Of a DNA stretch of 64,000 bases, positions 1 through 18,519 are shown one piece after another. A model generated the notes under the pieces. It had not been told where the DNA came from, did no database searches, and was given only the letters and a program-made list of their open reading frames with translations. Within the stretch, counting starts at the first letter, position 1, and the number at the start of each line of letters is the position of its first letter. This stretch comes from Octopus vulgaris (lineage: Eukaryota): assembly GCA_951406725.2 (NCBI GenBank), contig OX597831.1:70370001-70434000 (forward strand). Reading direction: 5' to 3'. A program made the position numbers and the translations under genes.

Positions 1-199
1 ATTAATAGTAGACTTTAAACCTAGCCTAGGAGCAGAGCCACTGGCCAGAAAGATCCAAGGGCTAAGAACTCCATGCCACTAAAATTATTCAAATCTTGCA
101 GGGATTTTAGCAATATATCAAGTCTTAATATAGATAAGCTATGATTTAAAGAGACTGATTTTCTTTGTAAAGTTTGCTGGAGAAGAAAGAGAAAATATA

Positions 200-6300
<6,101 letters not shown>

Positions 6301-6454
6301 AGTCAGAGGTATTATGATATTTCTCATAACTGAATATATCAGGTACAGATCAAGTCTAACAAATCAAGTCAGTGTAATTGTGATGGAAAACATTTAACCA
6401 AACAATATGAAGAAGTCTTTTACACTTATGCTGACAGCATCGTATTAGATATGA

Positions 6455-7302
6455 TTTGCTTCCCAACCACATAGTTCCTGGTTCAGTCCCACTGCATGGC
6501 ACCTTGGGCAGCTGTCTTCTACTATAGCCCCAGGCCAACTAAAGCCTTGTGAGTGGATTTATTAAATGGAAACTAAAAGAAGCCTTTTCTGTGTGTGTAT
6601 ATATATATATATATAGACATGGGATGAGGTAGTCAAGCATTCCGTCTACCAAAGCGTTGGGCCTCACTGAAGCAATGGCGAAGGACCGAGATCTCTGGAG
6701 ATATGCTGTGACTGCAAAGACCCGGACTGCTTCTTGCACCAGTTCTGCATAGCCCCTGCCCATTCAAAGTACCTTGGATTCCAGAACATCCCGCTGTGCT
6801 TGAGGAGACCTGTTGAGTCAAGTACATGAACATCGAAATAAATATCAATGAAAATAGTAGTTCCATTGTGCCGGTGGCACATAAAAAGCACCATCCGAAC
6901 GTGGCCGTTGCCAGCGCCACCTCGACTGGCTTCTGTGCCAGTGGCACATAAAAGCATCCTCCGAACGTGGCCAATGCCAGCACTGCCTCGACTGGCTCCA
7001 GTGCCAGTGGCACATAAAAAGTGCCATCCGAACGTGGCCGATGCTAGCGCTGCCTTGGCTGGCTTCCGTGCCGGTGGGACGTTAAAAGCGCCAACCGATC
7101 GTGGCCGATGCCGGACCCCCCTGGCACCTGTGCAGGTGGCACGTAAAAAGCACCCACTACACTCGCGGAGTGGTTGGCATTAGGAAGGGCATCCAGCTGT
7201 AGAAACTCTGCCAGATCAGACTGGAGCCTGCTGCAGCCCCTGGCTTCCCAGACCCCGGTCGAATCGTCCAACCCGTGCTAGCGCAGAAAACGGACGTTAA
7301 AC

Positions 7303-7335
<33 letters not shown>

Positions 7336-7565
7336 ATATATGTCTGTGTGTCCTCATGTCTGTGCTTGGCCTCACCACTAGTGGGGCAGCCAGTGTTGGT
7401 GTGTTTACATCTCCATAACTTAGCAGTTCAGCAAAAGAGGCTGATAGAGTAAGTACCAGGCTTAAAAGTAAAACAAGTACTGGGGTCAGTTAGTTCAACT
7501 AAATTTCCTCAATGCAGTGCCCCAGCATGGCCACAGTCTAATCATTGAAATGAAAGATAAAAGAT
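6455..7565 (+). mobile_element. tRNA-derived SINE family A (internal TA/TG microsatellite, GTAAAAGA-type tail), split by an RTE 3' fragment
   Basis: 5' half (...GGTTCAGTCCCACTGCATGGCACCTTGGGC...GGAAACTAAAAGAAGCC) at 6455-6612; 3' half (...CCAGCATGGCCACAGTC) at 7337-7565; matches the intact copies at 26028 and 48433. Confidence 0.8.
6615..7335 (+). mobile_element. 5'-truncated RTE-clade LINE 3' end: ORF C-terminus, 3'UTR with ~60-bp tandem repeats and (GAT)n tail
   Basis: Translates as TWDEVVKH/..LGLTEAMAKDRDLWRYAVTAKTR...stop at 6752, an RTE-type C-terminus; five GTGCCNGTGGCAC-containing units at 6868-7150; ends CGGACGTTAAAC(GAT)n. Confidence 0.8.
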
Positions 7566-7868
7566 ATGTATATGCATGCATACACTTATGCACATGCACA
7601 TACACATATCAATATGTGTATGTGTGTGCATGTATGTGTCTGCATGTATATGTATGTGGGAACAGGTTTCACTGAGTATTAATAAGTTTGCTTTGCAACT
7701 TCAAGTTCCCAGGTTCTTATCACGTTGTGTTAGTTTCGTGTCATGTGGGTGAAAAGAGGGTAAAGGGAAACTGTTGGCTGAACTTTCTCTGTAATTGAAA
7801 TGGCCAGCATCATTACACTGATATCTCATTGATTCTTCTTGAGAATTACATAAAAAGTACACACTGGT

Positions 7869-7987
7869 GCTTACAGCCATATCCCGTTGAAAGCACTGGT
7901 TCTCGTCCGATCACCGAAGTTAAGCAACGTAGGGCCTAGTTAGTACTTAGATGGGTGACCGCTTGGGAAACCTAGGTGCTGTAAGCG
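7869..7987 (+). rRNA. 5S: 5S rRNA gene, solitary copy or young pseudogene
   Basis: 119 nt GCTTACAGCCATATCCCGTTGAAAGCACTGGTTCTCGTCCGATCACCGAAGTTAAGC...AGTACTTAGATGGGTGACCGCTTGGGAAACCTAGGTGCTGTAAGC; perfect helix I (GCTTACAGC/GCTGTAAGC); internal control region box A/C-like sequences; TTTT at 7995-7998. Confidence 0.93.
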
Positions 7988-8000
7988 TCACATGTTTTGT

Positions 8001-8281
8001 AGGCATAGGGGTGGCTGTGTGGTAAGTAGATTGCCTACCAACCATATGGTTCCGGGTTCAGTCCCATTGTGTGGTACCTTGGGCAAGTGTCTTCTACTTT
8101 TGCCTCAGGCTGACCAAAGCCTTGTGAGTGGATTTGGTAACTTAGCAGTTCGGCAAAAGAGACCGATAGAATAAGTACTAGACTTACAAAGAATAGGTCC
8201 TGGGGTCGATTTGCTCGAATAATGGCAGTGCTCCAGCATGTCCACAGTCAAATGACTGAAACAAGTAAAAGAGTAAAGAGT
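8001..8281 (+). mobile_element. SINE family A, internally deleted copy
   Basis: GGTGGCTGTGTGGTAAGTAG head, GGTTCAGTCCC B-box-like motif, GTAAAAGAGTAAAGAG tail; central microsatellite missing. Confidence 0.85.
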
Positions 8282-8409
8282 ATGACTAGAATACTCAGCC
8301 ACTTTAAACATTTATTCAATGTATTGACAGTTCACTTCACCAAAGCAACAGGATGCTCAGCTGTTGAAATTGATGGAAAGACTCATCCACCACAACAGAA
8401 TTGATACTG

Positions 8410-8600
8410 CTGCCAGTGCCACATGAAAATCACCCATTACACTCTGTGAAGTGGTTGGCATTAGGAAAGGCATCCAGCTATAGAAACCATGCTAGACCAG
8501 ACAACGAAGCCTGGTGAGGGCCCTAGCCTTACCAGCTCTGGTTAAACCATCCAACCCATGTCAGCATAGACAACAGACGTTAAATGATGATGATGATGAT
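8410..8600 (+). mobile_element. RTE-type 3' end repeat with (GAT)n tail
   Basis: GTGGTTGGCATTAGGAAAGGCATCCAGC...CAGACGTTAAATGATGATG. Confidence 0.8.
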
Positions 8601-9145
8601 ATATCAAGTTCAGGTATGGTTATATAGTATGAAACTTGCTTCCACAAAGTCCTAAGTTCAGTCCCACTGCAGGGTAACTTGGTTAAGTGTCTTCTACTAT
8701 AGATCTATGTTTACATAATTTACTTTAAGGTATGAATGAATTCAGTTTGTCTTTAACCTCCCCATTCTTATAAACACCAAGTAGCTATTTAACTCACTTT
8801 GTGATCATGTGTGCACCAAACCACATGTGTGCATATGCATACATTTTCATGGATCTTGAGTGAGTGAGTGTACACATGCCATGTAGCTTGTGTGAGGGCA
8901 TTTATACATCATATCTGTTAACGGTTACTTTTAATACCTTTCTCACTGTATTGCATGTTCGTTTCTGATTTTGCATCAGTGATTTTATTTTAGATCTTAT
9001 TCATATATGGCACTAGGAAAGGCATCTAACAGTAGAAATCATACCAAATCTTCATTTAAGATATTTCCTGCATTTTACTGCTTTTCTTTCTACGAAATGA
9101 GAAGATACATTATGGAACTATTATTTTAATGAGTCGTATCTTTAT

Positions 9146-9251
9146 ATCACTCGATGAGGCACATCTGCACTGCTGGATGCTCCTGAAACAGTTGTTAAGT
9201 GTTCCACCCATGAGGGATTGATGCTAGATGTGTCGAAACAATTGTTGTGAT
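9146..9251 (+). ncRNA. Decayed type-I hammerhead ribozyme motif (Penelope-like element remnant)
   Basis: ATCAC-TCGATGA-GGCACATCT...AGATGTGTC-GAAA-CAATTG-TT-GTGAT; stems I and II pair; core CUGANGA is mutated. Confidence 0.55.
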
Positions 9252-9348
9252 TAATAGAAATTCTCATATATTCCATCTTCCATTTACCATATATATACAT
9301 ATACATGTATATATAGATACATATATATATATACATATACATATATAC

Positions 9349-9394
<46 letters not shown>

Positions 9395-9512
9395 ATTGGT
9401 GAATTGAAGAAATGGAGCTGAACGCAGATTGAACAGAAATCGTTTTATTTCATTCTACACGTGTTTCGAAAGGCACAAATTACCAAAATCCGATGGAATA
9501 TATATATGTATG

Positions 9513-9546
<34 letters not shown>

Positions 9547-10070
9547 CATAATTATATATATTGAAGAAATAACATATAAAACATCAATATATATATATAT
9601 CCACAGAAATTAAGAGCTCAGTTATGGGTGATTAAATATACGCATTATAATGTTTCAGTAAATCCAGATGGAGAAATTTGGCAAGTATATAATCAGTAAG
9701 AATGATCCTTAAGAGCAACATGTATTTAGAATTAAAACAAGACTAGCATACATTTCACAGATAGATCACAAGTTAATTATTTCAATTAATGTTTTATTTG
9801 GAATAAGCATCATTAATTTTATAATTATGGAATTAAGACACATGATTAATTAATTAGATTAAATATTTAGATTAATTTAAAGCAATTTTTATCCCAAATC
9901 ATATATATATATATACACACACATATATGTATACATATATATGTATTTATATGTATATGTATGTATATATATATATACATATATAATAATGATATTAGGG
10001 AGTATAGCTCCAAACTTACAGGAAAAATTCAATTTAGTATTAAATCAAATTTCACAGTATAAATATATAA

Positions 10071-10418
10071 AATATGAATTAGAGATAAAACCACTATTAT
10101 GCAACTCAAACAGTCATAGAAATAGACCAAAACATAAATAACAAATAATATAACTATAATTAATATGAAATATAATATATATATAAATTATTTTTTGATT
10201 TATTTATTTATTTTTTTAAAGTATAAAAAGAATGATAAATATTACTTATTATGTTATATTTATCATTCTTTTTATACTTAATAAAAAAAAATTAATTAAA
10301 AAATTATATATATATTATATTATATTAATTATATTTATATTATTTTGTTATTTACGTATTGGTTTATGTCTATCACTGTTTGAGTTGCATAATAGTGGTT
10401 ATATCTCTAATTCATATT
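10071..10418. repeat. ~350-bp AT-rich imperfect palindrome
   Basis: AATATGAATTAGAGATAAAACCACTATTATGCAACTCAAACAGT... is mirrored by ...ACTGTTTGAGTTGCATAATAGTGGTTATATCTCTAATTCATATT; centre ~10243-10255. Confidence 0.9.
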
Positions 10419-11025
10419 ATATATATATATATATATATATATACTCACACACATATATAGATCATCATATATATATATATTTAAATGTTGGGTATGTTCC
10501 TAGTAGTATGCTGATAAAGCATGTTTACTGTTTATGGCTACCCAACGTCATCCCAGTAATTACACAACTGTCGCTCGATCTACCTCAGGAATTCCTGTAT
10601 ATGTTGAGTATAAAAAACAAAAGATAGACTCTCAAACTGACGATGCAGTGCCTGCTTCACAGTGAGATGCATGAATACCTGGACAATTTAATGGCATCTA
10701 CTTAACTGCTCATATAAGCCTCTGTGTGTGTGTGTACAAAGGACCAAATGTATGTGTGTATTTGTGTACAAAGGGCTGAAAGTGTGGGTATGGAAGCCAC
10801 TATATCTGGGTGCTAACACACCTAATGTTTTACTTAATTGCATGCTTTATTCTCATTATTATTTTTATCTTTTAATTTTTATTAATTACTTCCTGTCTGT
10901 ATCTATAACTTTGCAACAGAATCATCCCTCGTCATGCCTGTCCAACAGCCTTAACCTATGGGCACCAACAACATGCTGAATTAAATCTTAGTGAAAAAGA
11001 GCTTATTTAATGAGATACTTATTAC

Positions 11026-11130
11026 ATCACCAGACGAGACACTTCTGCATCAAGGGATGCACCACAACTGGTTGTGTAGTTTCCCACCTGCAAGGGATCA
11101 ATGCAGGATGTGTCAGAACAATTATTGTGA
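11026..11130 (+). ncRNA. Second decayed hammerhead motif of the same family as 9146-9251
   Basis: ATCAC-CAGACGA-GACACTTCTGCAT...ATGCAGGATGTGTC-AGAA-CAATTA-TT-GTGA. Confidence 0.45.
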
Positions 11131-12821
11131 GCAATAAAGTTCCCTGTTTATTCCATTTCCCATCTCTATCATTTGTTTTCTACATATATTTATATGTGGC
11201 ACTGGGAAAGGCATCTAACAGTAGAAATCGTGCCAAATCTGACATTGGAGCTTAATGCAGTTCTGTGGCCCATCAGATCCTAGTATGGAAAACAAGTTAA
11301 ATGATGATGATGATGATGTGTGTGTGTACTAGTGTGAATGTGCTGCTGTATGTTTTTTACGTGACTGTTTTTCTATGTGGTTGTCTTCCACTTTTAAGGT
11401 AATAGGATGTGTGATTTGAGGGTAATTTACTGATTGCTTCAAGCTTGAATAGACTTAAGATGAAAGTCTTCCAGCCATAGCCATCTGTTATATTTTATAT
11501 AAAAAAATTACATTCTAGAGAATATATCCTACATTTTGAAGATAGTAAGGTGAGTGTTGACGAGCTTTAGCTGCTATTATTTGGAGGTAAGAGTTCCTTA
11601 GCTTTTGCCTTTTGAAGTTATTGTTGTTTAGTTTATCATTCGGACTTGTTATAAAAGGGGTTCAAACCATGACCATCCTGTCTCACTTGCATATCAGGAA
11701 ACATACTAATTAACATGTTCTTCCCTTTTTGAGACCGTATGACTTGTGATCTGAGAGAAATTTGAATGACCTCTCAGAGATTTCCATGTTTTTTAGCATT
11801 TTTAGTTGTCGTCTAGTCCTAGGCCATCTTAGACAGAGGAGCAGATTTATGAACAAAAGGTTCTTGTCATGCCCATTTCATCCCCTTTTCCAGACACAGT
11901 GAAGAGTACACTGAAAAGAACATTTTTCATTGTATCCTTTTCAAAGATCTAGGGTACACACACACACACACACACATGCATGCACCTCACCTTTTTTGCA
12001 TCATACTAATTACATGGCCTCAAATTATCAAATGGTCGACACATGTTGTACAAGCATTTGTCAAGAATATTATGTGTGGGTATTTTTGAAACTCCTTCCC
12101 ACATGTTTTCAAGTTCAAATCAAGACTGGAAATTCTTGGAATCACAAGACAATAGTCCTTTCTTTGTAGCACTGGGACAATACTTTTGGGTCAATGAAAT
12201 ACTGCACATACCCTGTACACTTATGTGAAAGTAGAGATTTTCATTTAGTACATGGCAAGAGAAAATTTGCTGTCCATGTTTGCAATTTTCCTTATCCTGT
12301 ATATTTTAGTTGTTATCTGTATTTAATTTTTATTCTATTTGATTTTTGCTCACATCAATATGTTTCTCAGTATCTCTCAATAACCACCTTCTTTACTCCT
12401 TTCAGCTTTCTTCTCTCTCACTCTCTCACTCACACTACTATCTCCTTGATTCTACCATTCCACAATGCTTTCCTGATTACTCATAATTCTAATTCTGCTG
12501 ACTACACATGCTTCATTTTTTCAAATTAGATTTTCTACCTGCCTGCTATGCTCTCTTTGTTCAAGTGCTAATGCCTAACAATCTATTATCTAGCGTTGTG
12601 TGTATCTTAGACATTAGAGCTAATTATTTCAAGTCTCTTTCATTAGGACGACAGACTGCAACATTTGTTCTATATCTGTTGTACCTAATTTTTCATATAT
12701 TCTCATATATTAGTTGGTTATCCTGTCTTCTTGTCCCAATCCTTTTGCAGCACCCTGTTGTCACAAGATGAATACCTGGCAACTTTTGTTATAATTGCTG
12801 CACATTGAAGTGAGCAATCTT

Positions 12822-13182
12822 ACTCTCTTTTACTCTTTTACTCTTCTACTTGTTTCAGTCATTTGACTGCGGCCATGCTAGAGCACCGCCTTTAGTACTT
12901 ATTCTATCGGACTTTTTTTGCCGAACCGCTAAGTGACAGGGACGTAAACACACAAGCATCAGTTGTCATACAATGCTAGGGGGACAAACACACACACACA
13001 CACACATATATATATACATATATACGACAGGCTTCTTTCAGTTTCCGTCTACCAAATCCACTCACAAGGCATTGGTCGGCCCGGGGCTATAGCAGAAGAC
13101 ACTTGCCCAAGATGCCATGCAGTGGGACTGAACCCGCAACCATGTGGCTCGTTAGCAAGCTACTTACCATACAGCCACTCCT
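12822..13182 (-). mobile_element. SINE family A
   Basis: Reverse complement of the family A head, internal microsatellite and tail. Confidence 0.9.
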
Positions 13183-13888
13183 GAAACTGCCCTGGCTTTC
13201 ACTCAACAGCTGACAAGTAGAGATTGGTATCCTTGTGTGCATACTTCCTTGTCCTGTGCATTTATGTCTTGTCTGTTCTTAAACACACACACACAGGGAG
13301 CAGGGTATCCAGGATTTTTTGGGGTGTGTTACCCAAAAGTTTTTTGAAAAAATACTATATAAGGTGGGAATCACAATTCATAACAAATGGACACATTCTT
13401 ATGTATTCTAACTTTGCTGACTGTATGCATATGAAACAGTAATACTGCGAAACTGCTGGAAATAAAATAGCGATGTTATATTTGTAATGGCTCGGCTAGA
13501 AAGGGTGTTGCCTGGGCAACTAGTGAAACACCCTGCATCCACCACTGCACACACACACACTCATATTTGTGTGATTGTATGTGATTGTATATGTGCATGT
13601 ATGTCTACTATGTGCACGCTGTGTGTGTGTGTGCCTATGCATGAGCAGCTGTTAATCAGAAAATTAGCGCATACATGAAGTAGATGTTTATTGTCAATTT
13701 AATCAAAATTCCAGATGTAATTGGCTTGTTAAACTTAAATTGATCCATTCTCAATACTCAACAATTTCAAAATATTAGAATGTAATATCTGAATATCAAA
13801 TTCATATTAAAATGGATAGCATGATAACGAAAAATAGAGAAGTGAGCATAGAATGTCATTTAGCACCGGACCAAAGCTCTTTGGGGAT

Positions 13889-14290
13889 TCAATGACTGTC
13901 TGAATACCTTGTGACAGAGAAAAAAAGCCAATCTGTGACACAGCTTAGGTGACTGGAAGCCTGTGTGTTTCTCAGTGGCAATCTCCACTTTTGTTCAATT
14001 GCTGGGACCCAAGTTTGACATGGTACCTCATAGATCTCAATCGGAATCATGGCAGATGTTGAGGTAATGATGAGGAAACCTAGTTGTGAGTGTTCCGGTA
14101 GTATGCATGTGTCAAATCCTTCTACATCTCCAAAGATCATGACAGCTGATGGAAACTTGAAATCTTCAAAGATCTCTTTGTAGACAACTGTTTCAACTGA
14201 GACTCTGAGAAACACTGACATATGACATCCTACCCCAAACTATCACAGGCTGTGGAACTTGACATTGGTTGAACTCCAAGCACTGTAGGG
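13889..14290 (-). pseudogene. Degenerate Tc1-like transposase fragment
   Basis: VVYKEIFEDFKFPSAVMIFGD...PEH...TSTSAMIPIE resembles the Tc1 pattern YxEILxxxxLPS..FG..P.H..SPDLNPIE. Confidence 0.5.
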
Positions 14291-14769
14291 TTGCAGATTT
14301 GAGAAATTGGCTGAAGAGTTATGGAACCTTAGCTGTTTGTAGTGATACATAATATGAAGGTATTGGAATACTGCATTTTCTTGCGGTCATATCCAATGCA
14401 ATAACATTAATGGTCTCCATTTGAAAACCATAACTGCTAATTCAGATGAAAAATTACCTTGAGAATATCTGTTTGAATTAAATTACTTTAATACAACGAA
14501 AATTTCAATGTTCTAACTTAATGGACAGCAAATATCCTATTTTATTTACTATATTCTAATCTTTTGAGATGAATCTATATATATATACATTAGCGCTGAT
14601 AAAAAATCCTCACAAAAAAAAAAACAAGAAAACGATTAAAGAAATCAAAGGAAAGAGGAAAAAAATATCATCTGTCCTTGAGTATTGATACATGAACATA
14701 TCAAGTACATAAATCTGTTTAGCAGAGAAAGATAGAAGTTGAGCTTTTGAACTATACAAGGATAACAGA

Positions 14770-15040
14770 TATGTTTGTTTCTGTGTGAGGGAAGTTAATA
14801 ATACATGTGCCTTTCCTAAGTGCATGCACGTAAATGTGTGTGTATATGCATGTGTGTATGCAAGTATGTGTGTGTATGTATGTGTGTGTGTAGTTGTGTG
14901 TGTGTGTGTATGTTTGTTTCAGTGTGTGGGAAGTTAATAATACATGTGCCTTTCCTAAATGCATGCACGTAAATGTGTGTGTATATGCATGTGTGTATGC
15001 AAGCATGTATGTGTGTGTGTAGTTGTGTGTGTGTGTGTGT
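14770..15040. repeat. Tandem duplication of a ~140-bp unit
   Basis: ATGTTTGTTTC(T/A)GTGTG..GGAAGTTAATAATACATGTGCCTTTCCTAA..GCATGCACGTAAATG occurs at ~14771 and ~14910. Confidence 0.85.
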
Positions 15041-15239
15041 GTGTGTGCATGTGTATGTGTTTTTGTGTATGAATATATTTATGTATATATATGTATATTT
15101 ATGCATATACACATAAATATATTCATACAGATGAGTGTTTGTGTGTGGAGATCATATTTTGATAAATTGTCCTCATAAAAAGTCACTAGCTAGATGTTAG
15201 CACATATTGAGGTGCAGATATTGGATGTGGTCATCATTT

Positions 15240-16000
15240 AGTAATAGGGACTATTCAGGTAAAGCTGAAGGCTAAAGGTAAGAAATTCTGATACAAAAGA
15301 GTTGAAAGATGATGGAATTAAAGATAAATTTGTAATTGAATGCCAAAATCGATTTGCAATGCTTCAAGAGATAAATGAAGATGGAGATATCAATGGCTTA
15401 GAATAAGGTAATGGAATTATACCAGAATGCAGCCAAAGGTGTTCTGGACAGAAGACAGATAAAAGGAAGTAAATGTATTTCGGATGAAACATGGGAAATT
15501 ATTGAGGAATGAAAGGAACAAAAATGAATTGTTGGAATTTGGAAAGGGAATAAGAGGGACCTTAAAGTGGAAATAGCTAAATATCAGAATCTTCACATTG
15601 AGGTGAAAGGTGTTCAAGAAATGATAAAATAAGGTTCTTGGATGTGAAAGCTGATGAAACAGATAAATTACCCAATATGGGAGACAGTAGAGATGTCAGA
15701 AAAGCTTCTGAAAATATAAATGAGATCATGGGCAAAGCAATGAGATCAAAATGATTGCTTGTGCTTTGCACTGATAGGAAACTAACAACATCTGATATAA
15801 ACATTGAAGAAAGTTGGAAAGAACTTTCAGTTGTGAATTTGGTGTTTTATGGGAGAAGTGTTATGATAATTCTTGAACTAGAACTGAACGTGGTTGTACG
15901 TGAAATATTTGTTGAAGCAATTAAAAAATTTAGAAATATTCTGGATTAGATGGAACTGCGAGGAAAATGCTAAAAACGGATAAGCACATAACTGCACGAA
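15240..16000 (+). mobile_element. Old RTE-like LINE remnant
   Basis: KLKAK..DTKELKDDGIKDKFVIECQNRFAML resembles the RTE inter-domain region; purine-rich decayed coding sequence. Confidence 0.45.
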
Positions 16001-16847
16001 TTTATATTGAAGCTGTTTCATTATATGTGAAGATCAAGGTGGTGGTTTTTATTCAAAAAAAGAAAGAAAGAAAAAACAGGAAGAAGAAGAAAATGACAAC
16101 GATGATGATGACCTCAGAATGTGGCAAATGAAAAAAGGTATAACCTTGAGTGAATGGTGTTGAGTATGTTCAATTTAGTTGTCCTTTATAGAATACAGAT
16201 ACTTGGCTGCGAACAATTCAGTGACAAAGAGGAAATTGTGATTAGACAGAGATTAAAACAGAACTACAAACTAGACATGGAGGGTAAGAATATGTGGAAA
16301 ACCAAGTGCCATTGGCGACAATAATCTAATGCAATACATGCTTGTGTGTATGTATGTATATGTTGTCAATGTTCAGAGAGAGGGATTGGACTTGTGCAAA
16401 TCCTTTCTCCACCATAAAAAAAACCATCATGCACAGGCATTGCTTGAAAAAAGTAAAGCTTATCACAAAAAAGGCTAGTTGCAGCGTTCGCATGTGTGGG
16501 ACTATTGATCAGGTGATGACAATACTTAAACAGGAGTTTGCAGCCATCATGCATACATGCATGCATGTATGTATGCATGCATGGTTCTTCTCTTTCACTT
16601 TTTAATTTTAGAGTAAATTTTGGCTACCTTCTTCGTAGAAAGGTTGAGAAGGAAAGCATCTTCTATGTATATATATGTGTATGCATGTATGTGTATATGT
16701 ATGCAGTATGTATATATTCATACACACACATATTTGTGTGCATGTGTTTGTGAGCATGAATAGCCAAGTATGTTTTGATGTGTGTGCATACACACTCACA
16801 TACATGCACACATGCACACACACACTTATAAGAATAAAAAGTTCTTG

Positions 16848-16849
<2 letters not shown>

Positions 16850-16911
<62 letters not shown>

Positions 16912-17752
16912 TAGTACCAGGCAGTGGCTCTCATGGCTTCTGATCTTAACTGATTGGAGGTGTTATCATGTACATTGTTTTGTCTTGGTATAAAAGATGG
17001 GCTACAGCAAATATTCTGCTCAATACCACAGATTTGCTTGTCAGTTGTTTGACCTTAACCAGTTGAGTATGTCCCTTAGTGGATGACGATATGTGCATCT
17101 CTGATCAAGAGCAGAAGGAGCATCATAGCCATGTGTTGAGAGGGATTCTTTGGGGTTTGAATAATTCACCTCTGGAAACATGGGTGGTTCTTTCAACATC
17201 CTTAAACAACCCTTATTCAGGGACCCTTTGAGCGGGATGGGCTACTCAACCTGAAGAAAATTCTAACTGGGCCCCACCTGCAAGGTCATGTGCTGTTTAT
17301 CTTGATATGAGATCACCATGTTGCGCACATATGGTTGTGATGCATGTGCCTGGTGTACCCTTATCAGACGGGTAGTCATGATGGGTATACTGGGCTTCGT
17401 ATATTTTACCCCAGTGTCACTTTGATGGCATGAACTGCTCTCTCATTCAATAATAATAATAAATGCCCTGATGCAGTACCAGGCAGTGGCTCCCATGGCT
17501 TCTGACCATAACAGATCGAAAGTGTTATCATGTACATTGTTTTGTCTTGCTATAAAAGATGGCTACAGCAAATATACAGCAGATTTGCTTCTCAGTTGTT
17601 TGACCATAACCAGTTAAGCATGTCCCTTAGTGGCTGACGATAAGTGCATCTCTGATCATGAGCGAGCAGGAGTAGTTGGGGAGCCATGTGTTGAGAGGAA
17701 TTCTATAGGATTTGGATAATTGACCTCTGAAAACATGGGTGTTTTGTTCACC
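16850..17752 (+). mobile_element. Unclassified AAT-flanked repeat: full unit 16913-17462 plus partial second copy 17474-17752
   Basis: AGTACCAGGCAGTGGCTC(T/C)CATGGCTTCTGA...AAACATGGGT is duplicated; (AAT)n on both sides of the first unit; no ORF found. Confidence 0.7.
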
Positions 17753-17830
17753 CTCTTGATCCAGGGCAGCACTACTTCCTTCAAGTACTGGATGTAGGAC
17801 TCCATGTTGAGTCTGAGGCTGGGAAGATAA
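17752..17830 (-). pseudogene. Small Tc1/mariner transposase fragment
   Basis: LRLNMESYIQYLKEVVLPWIKRV matches the Tc1/mariner Y..L..VV.PW motif. Confidence 0.55.
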
Positions 17831-18085
17831 ACGCAGGCATAACAGTGAGAGTGAGTTTCCTGAGCTGCCAATCCTTCGTAATCACCATTATACTTATCCC
17901 ACTCTTTCCAAATCCTCCACACTGTCCTCAGATTGACACATAAACACTCTGAAATGTTCGTATTGGAGCTGTCAGCATGAATGCAAAGCAGTACAGGTAA
18001 TAACCAGGTGCGACTTTGGACTTAATTATCCCTTAAAGGTAGTAAACCTCTCTAACTGATACTTCTATATTTATAAATATATATG

Positions 18086-18124
<39 letters not shown>

Positions 18125-18204
18125 GCATATCTTACTGGTCAATTTTCACATGCATGCAAACATGTGTATGCACACACATGTACAGACACATACACACACA
18201 CACT

Positions 18205-18263
<59 letters not shown>

Positions 18264-18519
18264 CACAAAGCAGCAGTTAGGCACGGAAATATTTCCCTGG
18301 ACTCACTATAAAATTCTTTTACTTCAGTTTTGGCTTAGAACAAGTTTTCTCTTGTCACATGTCTTCACTGATCTGCCAACGATAAAACAGAATGTAGCCA
18401 ATCCTTTTAACAGAGACTCAGACATTGACTCTCGTGCATTACAGAAAATAATAGTTAAAAATATTTAGACAGTTTTTCATTTCCTTACAAAATTCAAAGA
18501 CCTGTTATACCTGATCATC

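Noticed and set aside
6868-7150. Regularly spaced palindromic repeats resembling a CRISPR array
   Set aside because: The spacers resemble each other, the array lies in a LINE 3'UTR, the DNA is eukaryotic and there are no cas genes
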